In this document: one piece after another, positions 16,749 through 25,904 of the stretch
Layout of the letters: each line of letters opens with the position of its first letter
Position numbering within the stretch: the stretch's first letter is position 1
IMG/VR virus record: IMGVR_UViG_3300037478_000110
Coordinates: 1-50,278 of that record
Length of the DNA: 50,278 nt
Strand: one strand, 5' to 3'
Origin: a virus
Taxonomy: Duplodnaviria > Caudoviricetes
Program-made: the position numbers and the translations under genes
The notes under the pieces: generated by a model
The model's input: only the letters and a program-made list of their open reading frames with translations
Told to the model about the DNA's origin: nothing
The model's database searches: none

Positions 16749-17046
16749 TGGTCTTGGCCTCCGTGGCTATGGCTTCGAGGGCGGCTGCGATACCGGCTTC
16801 AATCCGTCTGTTTCCATAAAGATCGTCTCGGCGCGCGATCTCCTGAAAAGCCTTGTCGAACTCGTCAACAGGCGGCGGATTCCCATGCGCCAGCCCCCGC
16901 TCCCGTATGCTCTTGGCGAGGGCGAGAAGGCGTGCAGCGTTGGTTTGATCAAGGGCGGGCAACAAGGTAGGGTCTTTGATGCGGTCTTCGGTGACGCCTA
17001 CCTTAGCCAATCCGCCCAAGGTCATCGCTCTCAGGTGCTCGTTCAT
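16738..17046 (-). CDS. Hypothetical protein
   Basis: RBS plus overlap with the next gene. Confidence 0.55.
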   Translation of the reverse strand: MNEHLRAMTLGGLAKVGVTEDRIKDPTLLPALDQTNAARLLALAKSIRERGLAHGNPPPVDEFDKAFQEIARRDDLYGNRRIEAGIAAALEAIATEAKTNER

Positions 17047-17268
17047 GTCCGTCCTGCCTCCGTATTGCTTGCTGGCCTGTAGCCGTTGCCCATCACGTCA
17101 CCCGATGCCCGCAGGCAATGCACACCAAATGCAGAGGCCAGACGGACACTGTTATCAGCGTGCCGCCGCAGCCGGTGGGGCAGCCATCTCCGCCCCTCGA
17201 CTTGGGCTTTCCCTTCCCCTCCAGCCGGTCCAGAGCGGCCTTTACAGCCCTGTGGTCGTGGATGATGC

Positions 17269-17850
17269 TCATGCGTAGCGCCGTTCGTATCGCCGGATCA
17301 GATCTTGCGACCAGCAGGATTTCCAGTCGGCCTTACGGGCGTATCGCCTGTTGAGCGTGTGCATTTCCGGCAGGTTATCGGCACAGATATCGCGCCAGAT
17401 ATCGTGCCAGACCGCGCCGTAGCGAATGCCCTTCGGTGGCTTCCACGTAAGCGCATCGGTTTCGACGACGGTCAGGCGCGGGTCCGCATAGTGCCCGGCG
17501 ATCAATTCAATTACCTCCGGCGCGATCTCGAGGACCGTGATACTCTCGACCTCCGGCTTGGCGAGGACCGGACCTATGCAGACACCGATGCCCAGCCCAC
17601 TGATCAGCACATGCCCTTTAGCGGCTCGGATGAAGTCCAGGTGGTCCATTCGCTCGGCTGGCGTGTCGGACATCCAGAGCGCGCCCTTGCGCCGCAACTG
17701 GGTGTAGACGCCGGGGCAGAAATGCCTCTCGCGAAATGCTGTGATAGGGCTGTCCGCAGTCTCATGGCGCCTCACCTCCCAATCGCCGCTTTTGCCCTCC
17801 GGCACCGTGACCTTCGGAATCCTCTTGTCCAACCACTCGTATCTGTTCAT
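17269..17850 (-). CDS. Class I SAM-dependent methyltransferase-like (spermidine-synthase-like fold)
   Basis: WMSDTP.E; VLISGLGIG motif I; ITVLE; DAL; WHDIW. Confidence 0.75.
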   Translation of the reverse strand: MNRYEWLDKRIPKVTVPEGKSGDWEVRRHETADSPITAFRERHFCPGVYTQLRRKGALWMSDTPAERMDHLDFIRAAKGHVLISGLGIGVCIGPVLAKPEVESITVLEIAPEVIELIAGHYADPRLTVVETDALTWKPPKGIRYGAVWHDIWRDICADNLPEMHTLNRRYARKADWKSCWSQDLIRRYERRYA

Positions 17851-17878
17851 CTCCACTTCTCCCGTGTTCCGTCCAACC

Positions 17879-18274
17879 TCATGCGGCCTGAGCCTTCACG
17901 AACTTCTCTATCCGGGCAGCGACGGATTTGGGGCCGCGACGGGTGCTGGGGTATTCGTCGGAATCGAACAGGAACTCGGCAGCGGATTTGTTGATTCCGA
18001 AGAACCGGGCGGCGGCTTCGAACTGCTCTTGACCTGCAAACGTCGGGTAAAGGCGAATATAGCCACTGGGAAGCATGATACGGTCCAGTCTGAAACCGGC
18101 TTTTCGGAACGACGGGATCGCCGTCGCCCAACCGCAAGCACAGGCGACGGTGCCACAATGATCCTCCATCGGGTTGCCTTTTGTAACCCATTGGTTCAGG
18201 TCGAATTTCCTCGCCGGCAGCTCCCTCAGGAACGCCGCCAGTTTCAGCAGCCGGTTTGCATGGTGCTTTTTCAT
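17879..18274 (-). CDS. Hypothetical protein (CGTVACACGW family)
   Basis: GGAG RBS; recognisable Cys motif. Confidence 0.65.
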   Translation of the reverse strand: MKKHHANRLLKLAAFLRELPARKFDLNQWVTKGNPMEDHCGTVACACGWATAIPSFRKAGFRLDRIMLPSGYIRLYPTFAGQEQFEAAARFFGINKSAAEFLFDSDEYPSTRRGPKSVAARIEKFVKAQAA

Positions 18275-18618
18275 GTCCGTCTCTCCATTGGTCCGTTAAA
18301 AGGTTTCTTCCAAGGGCTGTCCTTGCAGCCGTCCAACGGTCTGCCCTTGCGGGGCTTGATGCCTGTCGCCCTGTCCCTGAGCCGCTTTGTCTTCGCGATC
18401 ATCGGAACGTCGCGCTTGGCCGTCTTTTCCTTATGGCAGGGCGTGCATCGAACGACGCAGTTCTCAAGGCTGTTGTCGCCGCCCATCCAGTCAGGCAAGT
18501 CGTGGTCGTAGTGATAGCCGCCGTCGCGCAATTCGACGCCGCAGCCGTCCGTCTCGCATCGGCCATTGGCACGGTCACGAGCGGCACGCTTGACGGCGGT
18601 GGGGAACTCGCGCCTCAT
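18271..18618 (-). CDS. HNH endonuclease
   Basis: CETDGC...YDH...GGDNSLENC...CTPCHKEKT. Confidence 0.85.
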   Translation of the reverse strand: MRREFPTAVKRAARDRANGRCETDGCGVELRDGGYHYDHDLPDWMGGDNSLENCVVRCTPCHKEKTAKRDVPMIAKTKRLRDRATGIKPRKGRPLDGCKDSPWKKPFNGPMERRT

Positions 18619-19013
18619 GCCGCCACTTCCCCAGGTTCGTTGAATGTCACGCCATGCTCGGCGCCCCACGCGAAGATGAACTCGATCAGTTCCGTCATCT
18701 CGTGCTTGCCAAGGTCCGATGACGACTGGCCCCACGGGATGAACGTCGTTCCGTCAAGGCCGGGAAGGAACTGGACCTCGCGCCCGCAGGCGTGCATGAA
18801 CAGCACCTTCCACTGGTCGGGCGTGTAGGACCGGCCGCAGTGCTGGGCTTGCTGGGCAACGTCCGTCAGCATGGCCCACATGCGGTCGTTATGAGGCAGG
18901 GTCCGCTTGGCCGCCTTGAACTCGACGCGCGTTCCCGCTGGAGCCTTGGCTATCCAGTTGGACGCCTTGGCCCGGTCTGCGGTCGTGTTGATGACGATCA
19001 GTGCGCGGCCCAT
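18615..19013 (-). CDS. ninB: NinB/Orf family recombination protein
   Basis: KRTL..N.RMWAMLTDVAQQ...WK.LF...SSSDL...EM.ELIEFIFAWGAE.GV. Confidence 0.85.
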   Translation of the reverse strand: MGRALIVINTTADRAKASNWIAKAPAGTRVEFKAAKRTLPHNDRMWAMLTDVAQQAQHCGRSYTPDQWKVLFMHACGREVQFLPGLDGTTFIPWGQSSSDLGKHEMTELIEFIFAWGAEHGVTFNEPGEVAA

Positions 19014-19018
19014 CTTCC

Positions 19019-19660
19019 CTACTCCGCTGCTGCCTGTGCATCACGGGCGTCGTATCTCGCCCGCAGTTCCGAAACTCTCGCGTCGATTTCATCCAGGAAT
19101 GTGCGGACCTCGCGGTCCAACTCTGCAATCCTTCCGTCGTCGCGGTGGACCCGCTTGACAAACAGGCGCATAGACTCCGGCATTCGGGGATCAAACGAGA
19201 CAAAGTCGCACCATGTGCGTTCGGCGCACGCCATCTGGAATTGCATCTGCGTCAGATACTTTCCGGGCACGGACTGACCGAGCAGGGTGTCTATGTGGGT
19301 TGCCGTGTTGGGGCACTTGATCTCGACCATGCCGTCATCGCCCACAAGGCCGTCAGGGCTGGCGCCGGCACTGGCGATGGCCGGATGGACCACGAACCCG
19401 ATTTCGGCCACGTCGGCGTCCGTGTGGAACTCGTAGGCGGCTTTTGCGAGGGCTTCCGTCTCGATCCCGTGAAGCATGGCCGGGCTCTGGTAGGAGTCGG
19501 CAACCGTCCCGGTCAGCCGCTCGGCAATGATCTGCGCGGCGTAGTTGGCCCGGCTTGCCCCCCAGCCCGTTTTCGTCTTCGCCATCAGGTCGGCGACGCG
19601 GGAAGCCGTGACCTTGCCGAGTCTGAGAGCGAACCACTCGGGCGAACCTTGCTCAACCAT
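19019..19660 (-). CDS. YqaJ/lambda-exonuclease family
   Basis: EQGSPEWFALRLGKVTAS; GASPDGL; EIKCP; Y.TQMQFQM. Confidence 0.92.
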   Translation of the reverse strand: MVEQGSPEWFALRLGKVTASRVADLMAKTKTGWGASRANYAAQIIAERLTGTVADSYQSPAMLHGIETEALAKAAYEFHTDADVAEIGFVVHPAIASAGASPDGLVGDDGMVEIKCPNTATHIDTLLGQSVPGKYLTQMQFQMACAERTWCDFVSFDPRMPESMRLFVKRVHRDDGRIAELDREVRTFLDEIDARVSELRARYDARDAQAAAE

Positions 19661-19862
19661 TGTCCTGCCCTTTCTTGATCGCGGCATATTCAGCGCGCAC
19701 CCGCGCCATGACGAACTCGCGAAGCTTGTCATAGGCGGCCTCGGGACCATCGGTTCCAACATCAGCCGATGCGCCGATATCGACCTTGGCGTTGCTGAAA
19801 TTGCCGAGATTGATGGTCCCGCCGAACGAGACGGAAATGGAGGTGATTTTCGTTTCAGTCAT
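19653..19862 (-). CDS. Hypothetical protein
   Basis: TINLGNFSNAKVD; coupled between ERF and exonuclease. Confidence 0.6.
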   Translation of the reverse strand: MTETKITSISVSFGGTINLGNFSNAKVDIGASADVGTDGPEAAYDKLREFVMARVRAEYAAIKKGQDNG

Positions 19863-20614
19863 GCCGTCACCCGCTTGGCTTCGAGGGCCTTCTTCGCGGC
19901 GTCGAAGTCCTTGGCCTTGATGTCGGCCAAACTGTCGATCTTGTAGTACCGGCAGAACTTGATTAGATCGGCGCCGACATCATCGGCGAGCGCCAGCAGT
20001 TCCTTGACCTGGGCCTCGGTGATCCGGGGCAGGGCGTCCGATGCGGCGTTGCCGTCGTCATCGTCGCCACCAACGACGACGTTGAAGATCATTTGCAGGA
20101 GATAGCGCTTGCCATAGGTTAGGGCCGACCCGGCAGCGTGCGTCTTGGTCATCACGGCGCCGCCCTTGGCGCCCTTGCCGTCCGCCGGCACGTCGAGCTG
20201 GTGCGTCTTGCGGTGGCCGGTCCGGTGAGCCACATTGGCCAGCACGCGAACGTGCTCGGCCGGTGCGCCGTCGCCGGTATCGTAGCTGATCGAAAAGCCG
20301 TGGCGGGTGTAGATCGGCCGGATGGCGATATCCAGGGCAGAGTGCGAGGCATACTTGCTGCTGGTCTGCGAGTTGTCCGCGTCCTTGTGCACCGGTTCCA
20401 TTTCCGCCTGCGCCTCGGTCATCGCTATGTCGTATGCGATCTGAGCTTCGCGGGCGGTAATGCGCTCGTACATGCCGAGCAGCCGATCGAGCTTGTCCAC
20501 GTCCGTGTTCGGATCGTTGGCCGCGCGGCTGATCACTTCCATCAGTGAGCCGGCTTCCGACGCGGCCGGCATTGTCTCGACGGCGTTTTCCTTGCGTTCT
20601 GCGATGGCGTTCAT
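19859..20614 (-). CDS. ERF family single-strand annealing protein
   Basis: KYA....I.P....HGF; GSALTYGKRYLL..IFN...DDDG. Confidence 0.9.
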   Translation of the reverse strand: MNAIAERKENAVETMPAASEAGSLMEVISRAANDPNTDVDKLDRLLGMYERITAREAQIAYDIAMTEAQAEMEPVHKDADNSQTSSKYASHSALDIAIRPIYTRHGFSISYDTGDGAPAEHVRVLANVAHRTGHRKTHQLDVPADGKGAKGGAVMTKTHAAGSALTYGKRYLLQMIFNVVVGGDDDDGNAASDALPRITEAQVKELLALADDVGADLIKFCRYYKIDSLADIKAKDFDAAKKALEAKRVTA

Positions 20615-20647
20615 GCTATAATTCCTCTCGTTCTTTCTCAGTGTTGG

Positions 20648-20848
20648 TCAACCGTGGTTCGCGTTCTCGCTCGGCATCAGCGCGCTTAGGTCATCTTCCG
20701 TCAGGTCGGCGTCACATGTGGGGCACTGATCACCGAAGTCATCGACGTGCCCGTGGTAGTCGCAGAACGGGCAAACATAGAGTTCGCCCTTGGCCCCGAA
20801 TTCGTCGATCTCGTCGCTGGAATAGCGGCCGGTCAGGTTCGTGTGCAT
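20648..20848 (-). CDS. Zn-ribbon protein
   Basis: CPFC...CPTC; GGAG RBS. Confidence 0.55.
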   Translation of the reverse strand: MHTNLTGRYSSDEIDEFGAKGELYVCPFCDYHGHVDDFGDQCPTCDADLTEDDLSALMPSENANHG

Positions 20849-20997
20849 GTCAGTCTCCCCTTGTCTTGAGTGCGGCGCGCTCCGCCTCCTCAAACCTGCG
20901 TTCCAGTTCGTCGCACTGTTCCTGAGTTGCACATTTCGCTTCATCGCCCAGGTAGTAGGAGAGGTCGTCTCCGGGCATTGGGCGAAGGGTTTCGGTT

Positions 20998-21312
20998 TCA
21001 CCCATTGTCCGGCTCCCTTGCCTTGAGGGCTTCGCGACCGGCTTCGGTGATGCGGTAAACCTTGGCGCCGCGTTGCGTTTCGCGTCCCGGCCCGCTGTTC
21101 TCGCCGTCTGCGGGGTCCGGCCAGCCGCGCCACTTCCACTGCACGAGCCCTTTCTTTGCGAGAGCCCCTAGCGTCGGCGAATGATGGCTGCCGTTGCTGC
21201 CGCCCACGTCGAGCGGTCGAAGCCATCCGCCGGGGAAATACTGAGCTTGGCCAGGGCCGAGGCAAAGCTCGCACAACACTCCCCGTTGCGCCTCTGTCAG
21301 TCGCTCACCCAT
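20998..21312 (-). CDS. Winged-helix-like hypothetical protein
   Basis: L.KKGLV...YRITEAGREAL. Confidence 0.6.
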   Translation of the reverse strand: MGERLTEAQRGVLCELCLGPGQAQYFPGGWLRPLDVGGSNGSHHSPTLGALAKKGLVQWKWRGWPDPADGENSGPGRETQRGAKVYRITEAGREALKAREPDNG

Positions 21313-21598
21313 GTCCGTCCTCCCCGGCAAGGCTGGACAGGAGGGCGCGGGCATCATTCCGAAGGTCTTCCTCGTGCATTCCATCCTTGTCCCAATGCGG
21401 CGGGCCTTCCACCAGCCGCTCCAGTAGCCCCACCAACTCAGGAGCCTTGGAGATGAGGCGGGCGTTGCTCAGGCTTTCGAAAACGCCGCCGTTGCCGACA
21501 GTCGGGCATGTCGCGATTGTTCCCCGACCATATGCGACTATGGCGTGCCCCTTTCGCTGCCACTCGCCTTCCGTCCACGGTGTTTTCCTCTCGCTCAT
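21305..21598 (-). CDS. Hypothetical phage protein
   Basis: TP..W...NARLISKAPEL motif. Confidence 0.7.
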   Translation of the reverse strand: MSERKTPWTEGEWQRKGHAIVAYGRGTIATCPTVGNGGVFESLSNARLISKAPELVGLLERLVEGPPHWDKDGMHEEDLRNDARALLSSLAGEDGHG

Positions 21599-21810
21599 TC
21601 CGGTTCACTCCATGTCACTGTGACCTTGACGGCGCGGTCGCCGGCTTTGCGAAGAGGTTTCCACCGGGCCATGATTTCTGTGTGTTCTTCCGCCACACCT
21701 CCCGAGACCCTGTGCCTGATGGCCCAACTGCGCCACGGCTGGATCGTCTGCGAGTAAATGTGACCATGGCGGTCCACCACCGCCCACATGGTTTCTGATC
21801 GCGTCGGCAT
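21595..21810 (-). CDS. Hypothetical protein
   Basis: GGAG RBS; coupled. Confidence 0.5.
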   Translation of the reverse strand: MPTRSETMWAVVDRHGHIYSQTIQPWRSWAIRHRVSGGVAEEHTEIMARWKPLRKAGDRAVKVTVTWSEPE

Positions 21811-21826
21811 GTCAGTGACTCCCGGC

Positions 21827-22180
21827 TTAGCGGGCGAGTTCGGGCGGCAGTTTGAGCCTGTATCTCCTTGCGATGGCGCGGAATTCAGTCGGCCACCGTG
21901 CGACGGAGTGCTCGTCATGGACGATCTGCAAGTTGCCTATGAAGCCCATATCTTCGTGCTTGACCGGGCCGTATGCGCGGCTGATGCAGCGCCGGGCAAT
22001 TTCATAGTTCAGGCAACTGCCCTCGATGTTTTCGCTGTACCGATGGTCCGGGATCAGCCAGCCCCCCGCGCACTTGCGCCCGTCAGCCCCCCGGTAGCGG
22101 CACGACTTGCCGACCATGGACTTGCGACCCTGCCTCAGCAGTTCCTTCACCACCTTGTTGAAAGCCTTCTGTCTGTTCAT
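21827..22180 (-). CDS. Hypothetical phage protein
   Basis: Q.AF..V...L..QG..S....C.YRG..G.KCA.G.LI...LQ..HD family pattern. Confidence 0.7.
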   Translation of the reverse strand: MNRQKAFNKVVKELLRQGRKSMVGKSCRYRGADGRKCAGGWLIPDHRYSENIEGSCLNYEIARRCISRAYGPVKHEDMGFIGNLQIVHDEHSVARWPTEFRAIARRYRLKLPPELAR

Positions 22181-22530
22181 CGTCCCGCCTCCCGCCGTGC
22201 CCGCTCTATAGCCTTGGGCAGACAACCAAATGTGCTCGAAAACGTGTCTTCGTGGCTGCCGTCGATCTCGACAGCCCACCATTCCTGATCGCAGGTGACG
22301 TAGCGGGCATGTTCGCGGGACCGCTCGGCAAGGACAGCAAGGGCCTTTGTGCTGGCCTCGTGAATGGCCAGTGCGGCCTTGTAGATGTCCTGCTGCCGCT
22401 CGATCTCATCGAACACGTTGTCGGCAGTCGTCACCGGCCAGTTGCCGGCGGCATCGACAGACCGGATCACGGCTTCGACACGGACATGTTCTTCGGTGCG
22501 GCGGTCGCGTTCCAGATAGGTGCTGGTCAT
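22177..22530 (-). CDS. Hypothetical protein
   Basis: ATGA-coupled. Confidence 0.55.
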   Translation of the reverse strand: MTSTYLERDRRTEEHVRVEAVIRSVDAAGNWPVTTADNVFDEIERQQDIYKAALAIHEASTKALAVLAERSREHARYVTCDQEWWAVEIDGSHEDTFSSTFGCLPKAIERARREAGR

Positions 22531-22736
22531 CTCTTCAAAATCTCCATGTAAAGGTCTTCATCGTCGGCGAGAATCTGAAAGAGCCAGTCCGGGCAAGTCA
22601 GCGTTTCGCCGTTGCGGAACAACTCAACGCCGGTGATGCTGTAGTCGTCAGCGAAGGTCACTGTTGCGTCGACCTTGTGTTCACCGTCGTTTCCCACGTG
22701 GAGCAGTAGGAACGTCTTGTGCTGGTTGCTGCTCAT
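22527..22736 (-). CDS. Hypothetical protein
   Basis: GGAGGAG RBS; coupled. Confidence 0.55.
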   Translation of the reverse strand: MSSNQHKTFLLLHVGNDGEHKVDATVTFADDYSITGVELFRNGETLTCPDWLFQILADDEDLYMEILKR

Positions 22737-22945
22737 TGCTGCTCCTCCTGATTGAGCGCAGCGCGGCCGGCTTCGGTCAGCCGGAACACATCGAAATGAA
22801 CATCGATCCGGTAAAGTCCGGCATCTCCCCAGCGAGCGAGATCGGGCGCACTTGGCATCCGGCTCGCGTCTCTTATCGACAGGCCCTCCAGTTCGTTGAG
22901 CGTGGTCACTCTCAGCGGCTTTACCAGTCCCGTCTTGCTGGTCAT
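22733..22945 (-). CDS. Hypothetical protein
   Basis: LTEAGRAAL C-terminus; coupled. Confidence 0.55.
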   Translation of the reverse strand: MTSKTGLVKPLRVTTLNELEGLSIRDASRMPSAPDLARWGDAGLYRIDVHFDVFRLTEAGRAALNQEEQQ

Positions 22946-23415
22946 GGCTTCTTCCCTTCGGCAACGTTCGCCAGAGCGCGCAGCGTCTCCGCTACATCGT
23001 TCGGGCAGTATTCGCCGCGCTCGCTCGCCCGGCAGCCGCTAGCGTTCGTGTCCCACTCGTGCCATGCGGTTTCGCAACGCATGGGGCCGCCGCAACAGTC
23101 GATTTCGTCGGCGGCAGTGCGCATGGCATCAGGGTTTGCGAACAGGCTGCGGCAATTCAACGCCTCCAAAAGCGCCCCCTGCGCCATCGCGGCGGGGTGC
23201 CGCTGCACCATTGCCCGACCCTCATCGTCCCACCATTTCAGAACGTCAGGCACGGACACGCCGTGTCGCAGGTTGGTGATAACGGTTGCCAGCACTTGGT
23301 CTCGCACCGCGACGGCACTTTCCAGCCGGGCAACTTCTTCTTCGGTGGCCTGCCAAAGCCCCTTGAAGATGCCGGCAAGCTTCGTGCCGGGGCTGGTGTC
23401 CGTCTTGCTCGCCAT
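22942..23415 (-). CDS. Hypothetical Cys-containing protein
   Basis: GGAG RBS. Confidence 0.55.
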   Translation of the reverse strand: MASKTDTSPGTKLAGIFKGLWQATEEEVARLESAVAVRDQVLATVITNLRHGVSVPDVLKWWDDEGRAMVQRHPAAMAQGALLEALNCRSLFANPDAMRTAADEIDCCGGPMRCETAWHEWDTNASGCRASERGEYCPNDVAETLRALANVAEGKKP

Positions 23416-23427
23416 GTCCGTCTCCCT

Positions 23428-23751
23428 TCAGGCTGCTGCGTCGGCGAGGTCGCGCGGCTTTGCTGGCGTCCAGCGATACTCGTGCCAGCCATCCGGCTTC
23501 CAAGTGCGCTCGCGGTAATGATCGGGCTCGCGGAGGTCGGCCAATCCGGCGTCAACGGCAGCGGCGTGTATCTCGGCCTCGATGGTGCAGATGTGATGCG
23601 CCTGATGGTGCAGGTCGACGCTCACCCTCTGGTATGCCTTGCCTTCGGCGGTCTGCGCCTTTTCGGAAAGCCGCGCGTATTTGCGGTGCTCGTCCCGCAG
23701 CCGCTTCGCCAGATCGAAAAGCCTGTCTGCGTCTTCTGTCCGGCTCAGCAT
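23428..23751 (-). CDS. First gene of the leftward early operon
   Basis: AAGGA RBS just downstream of PL. Confidence 0.6.
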   Translation of the reverse strand: MLSRTEDADRLFDLAKRLRDEHRKYARLSEKAQTAEGKAYQRVSVDLHHQAHHICTIEAEIHAAAVDAGLADLREPDHYRERTWKPDGWHEYRWTPAKPRDLADAAA

Positions 23752-23782
23752 GTCCCGTTCCTTCGTGTGTGGTACGGGACTA

Positions 23783-23825
23783 TATATACGCCACCAAAAG
23801 TGGCACGTCAACCACCAAAAGTGGC
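23783..23825 (-). promoter_or_regulatory. PL promoter with two operators (OL)
   Basis: TTGACG-N17-TATATA; operators GCCACCAAAAGTGGC 23790-23804 and ACCACCAAAAGTGGC 23811-23825. Confidence 0.85.
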
Positions 23826-23927
23826 TCACGATAAAATTCCTTCGCTTTCAGTTGCGCGAACTGTAGCGAGGAGTCACACTCATTGCGGGTGCTGGAGGGC
23901 GTCTAGAGGCAGACCGGGGGCTCGGTT

Positions 23928-24119
23928 ATGAACTCAAAGACGGCGGACAAGAGACAGCGATCATTGCGACGATTGGCCATTCAGATCGCAACGCAATTGC
24001 CGGACGACCCGGAGGACATTCGGCAAGTCCTCGATTATGTCTATGAAATCGCCAGGTGCTACCTGGCTGTGCCGCGCGAGCGCGCCAACAACGTAATTTC
24101 GCTGACGCAGAAGGATTAG
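23928..24119 (+). CDS. Small immunity-region protein convergent with cI
   Basis: Own promoter TTGCGC-N17-CACACT (23852-23880); LAIQIATQLPDD. Confidence 0.55.
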   Translation: MNSKTADKRQRSLRRLAIQIATQLPDDPEDIRQVLDYVYEIARCYLAVPRERANNVISLTQKD

Positions 24120-24403
24120 GCTGCGGCGTCCATGCGCTCGCGAAGGGCCACCGCCAGATCGACTGGAAGCGTGCCCCACACGTCGCGATAGATCCAATCG
24201 GTTGTGACACCGGATATGGCGCATAGGCGCGTAGCGTTGTCGATCTTGATCCGCTTCACGCCCAGTTCGTTGTTGTTCCAAGCTTGCCGGGTCATGCCGA
24301 GCAGGCTGGCCATCTCGCCCTGATCCTTGCCCATGTGCTCGCGGATCAGGCGCAGCCGGAGCCCGATGGCCTTGAAGCTTATCTGATCGACCTCTCTGTC
24401 CAT
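24116..24403 (-). CDS. CI-like repressor (XRE HTH only, no S24 peptidase domain)
   Basis: GLRLRLIRE...QGEMASLLGMTRQAWNNNELG...GVTTDWI; divergent from cro. Confidence 0.85.
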   Translation of the reverse strand: MDREVDQISFKAIGLRLRLIREHMGKDQGEMASLLGMTRQAWNNNELGVKRIKIDNATRLCAISGVTTDWIYRDVWGTLPVDLAVALRERMDAAA

Positions 24404-24422
24404 GTGCCGGATTTTCCGGGAT

Positions 24423-24485
24423 TCCACCGTTTGTGGCCAGCCACCTTATATGGCTCTTGACCCGCCACCAAAGGTGGCTTATGTT
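24423..24485. promoter_or_regulatory. OR region: three operators and PR
   Basis: TCCACCGTTTGTGGC 24423-24437, GCCACCTTATATGGC 24440-24454, GCCACCAAAGGTGGC 24464-24478; PR TTGACC-N17-TATGTT 24457-24485. Confidence 0.85.
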
Positions 24486-24493
24486 CCTTGTTC

Positions 24494-24715
24494 ATGGACA
24501 CTGAAATTTCAATTCCTGACATCATCGCGAAGCTTGGTGGCCAGTCTGCTGCTGCGACCAAAGTCGGCGCAAAGCGCAGCGCGGTCAGCATGTGGGTGAA
24601 GCGCGGAGCTATCCCGGCGCGGTACTGCCAAGCAGTCAGTGCGGCAAGTGGCGTGCCGCTTCACGCACTGCGCCCCGACATTTTCCCGGCACCTGAGTGC
24701 GAGCCCACCGCATGA
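24494..24715 (+). CDS. Cro-like (YdaS family) HTH
   Basis: LGGQSAAA..VG....AVSMW..RG.IP......LRPDIF. Confidence 0.88.
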   Translation: MDTEISIPDIIAKLGGQSAAATKVGAKRSAVSMWVKRGAIPARYCQAVSAASGVPLHALRPDIFPAPECEPTA

Positions 24716-24864
24716 CCCCCGCCCGTAAGCCCAAGCGCCCGAGGCCTGCCGACACATACCGTGCCGCTCGCCGCAACGCCCATTTCGGCAGGAAGCCACA
24801 CGGCAACACCAAGCCTCATGAGCGCCGTGCAATTTGGGACGCGTTAAAGCGGTCCGCCGAATGA
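24712..24864 (+). CDS. Small Arg/Lys-rich protein
   Basis: ATGA-coupled to cro; ADTYRAARRN. Confidence 0.45.
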   Translation: MTPARKPKRPRPADTYRAARRNAHFGRKPHGNTKPHERRAIWDALKRSAE

Positions 24865-24896
24865 CCGGCTACGTCCATATCTGATGGGAGGAACCG

Positions 24897-25205
24897 ATGT
24901 TCCGTACAGGCATGAAGGTGGTGTGCGTCGACGACGCTTTCGAGGGCGGTAGTGGTCACGAGGTTCTTCCGGTCAAGGGCAGAGTCTACACCGTTCGGGA
25001 AATGCTTTGGTGCGACTATTGGATGGCCCCGCACGTTCGGCTCGTGGAAATAGTCAACCCCGGCTTTGAATATTTGAGCGGGACGCACGAACCGTCTTGG
25101 TATGTCCGCCGCTTCCGCCCCGTCAAAACGACCTCGATCGAGGTGTTCCTGAACATGCTTGAGCCGGAGCCGAATGCACCGGCGCGCGTGAAGGTGTCCC
25201 CATGA
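24897..25205 (+). CDS. Hypothetical phage protein
   Basis: GGAGG RBS; F.TG.KVVCVD...G.VYTVR...RRFRP. Confidence 0.7.
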   Translation: MFRTGMKVVCVDDAFEGGSGHEVLPVKGRVYTVREMLWCDYWMAPHVRLVEIVNPGFEYLSGTHEPSWYVRRFRPVKTTSIEVFLNMLEPEPNAPARVKVSP

Positions 25206-25498
25206 CACTCCCCGCCGCCATATCCGGCATTGCGGCAGTTGCCGTGCTGCTGGTGGCCAATATGCCGGGCTTGGGCTGGTAATGAAATCCCTCCCGCTTC
25301 CACCTTTCAGCGGGCGCTGGCGGGCGTCCGGGCGAACCAAGCACCGATGCGTGGCCGGGGGTGCGGGAGGCCGTGTGCTCACGGGCATTTTTGGCCGGTC
25401 AATCGGAGCAACAGACGGGGAGGGGCAACAGGGCCGGAATGAGCCGGACCTCGCGAACCTCCCCCCCGCCACTGAAATTCCTGGAGGCCAACACCCCT

Positions 25499-25564
25499 GC
25501 GCGGCTTTCCTCCCTAGGCTGCGCTACCTCGGGGGGCGGCGCTACACCGTCGCCCCCCATTTTC
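25499..25564 (+). ncRNA. Anti-SD hairpin (UUUCCUCCCUAG loop) plus terminator; suhB/MmgR-like sRNA candidate
   Basis: GCGCGGC-TTTCCTCCCTAG-GCTGCGC, then GGGGGGCGGCG-ctacac-CGTCGCCCCCC-ATTTT. Confidence 0.45.
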
Positions 25565-25904
25565 AAGCGGCCCAACACGCGCGCCGCTGCCTCCGATATC
25601 GAAACAAATTCCGCGAGATTACAATCCCGAGCGAAAGCGGTGGACGGGGGATGCGACACGCTGCTCGCCCCTCGGATGAAGCCGTGAGTAGGGGCAACCA
25701 ACGAGGTAGCGGCAGGCTTCCGGTTGCTCGGCTTTACTGCCGCACAGGCGGGCCGGGCAAGGGCTATGGGTTCGTCCACAGCGTACACATAGCCTCCCGG
25801 CCCGTCGAAATCACAAACGCCCTTGGTGCCAGCCTCGGGCAAATAGTCTCTGAACTGAATAACCGTTCCCATGCTGATGAATTTGGCATGGAGGACGTTC
25901 AAAC

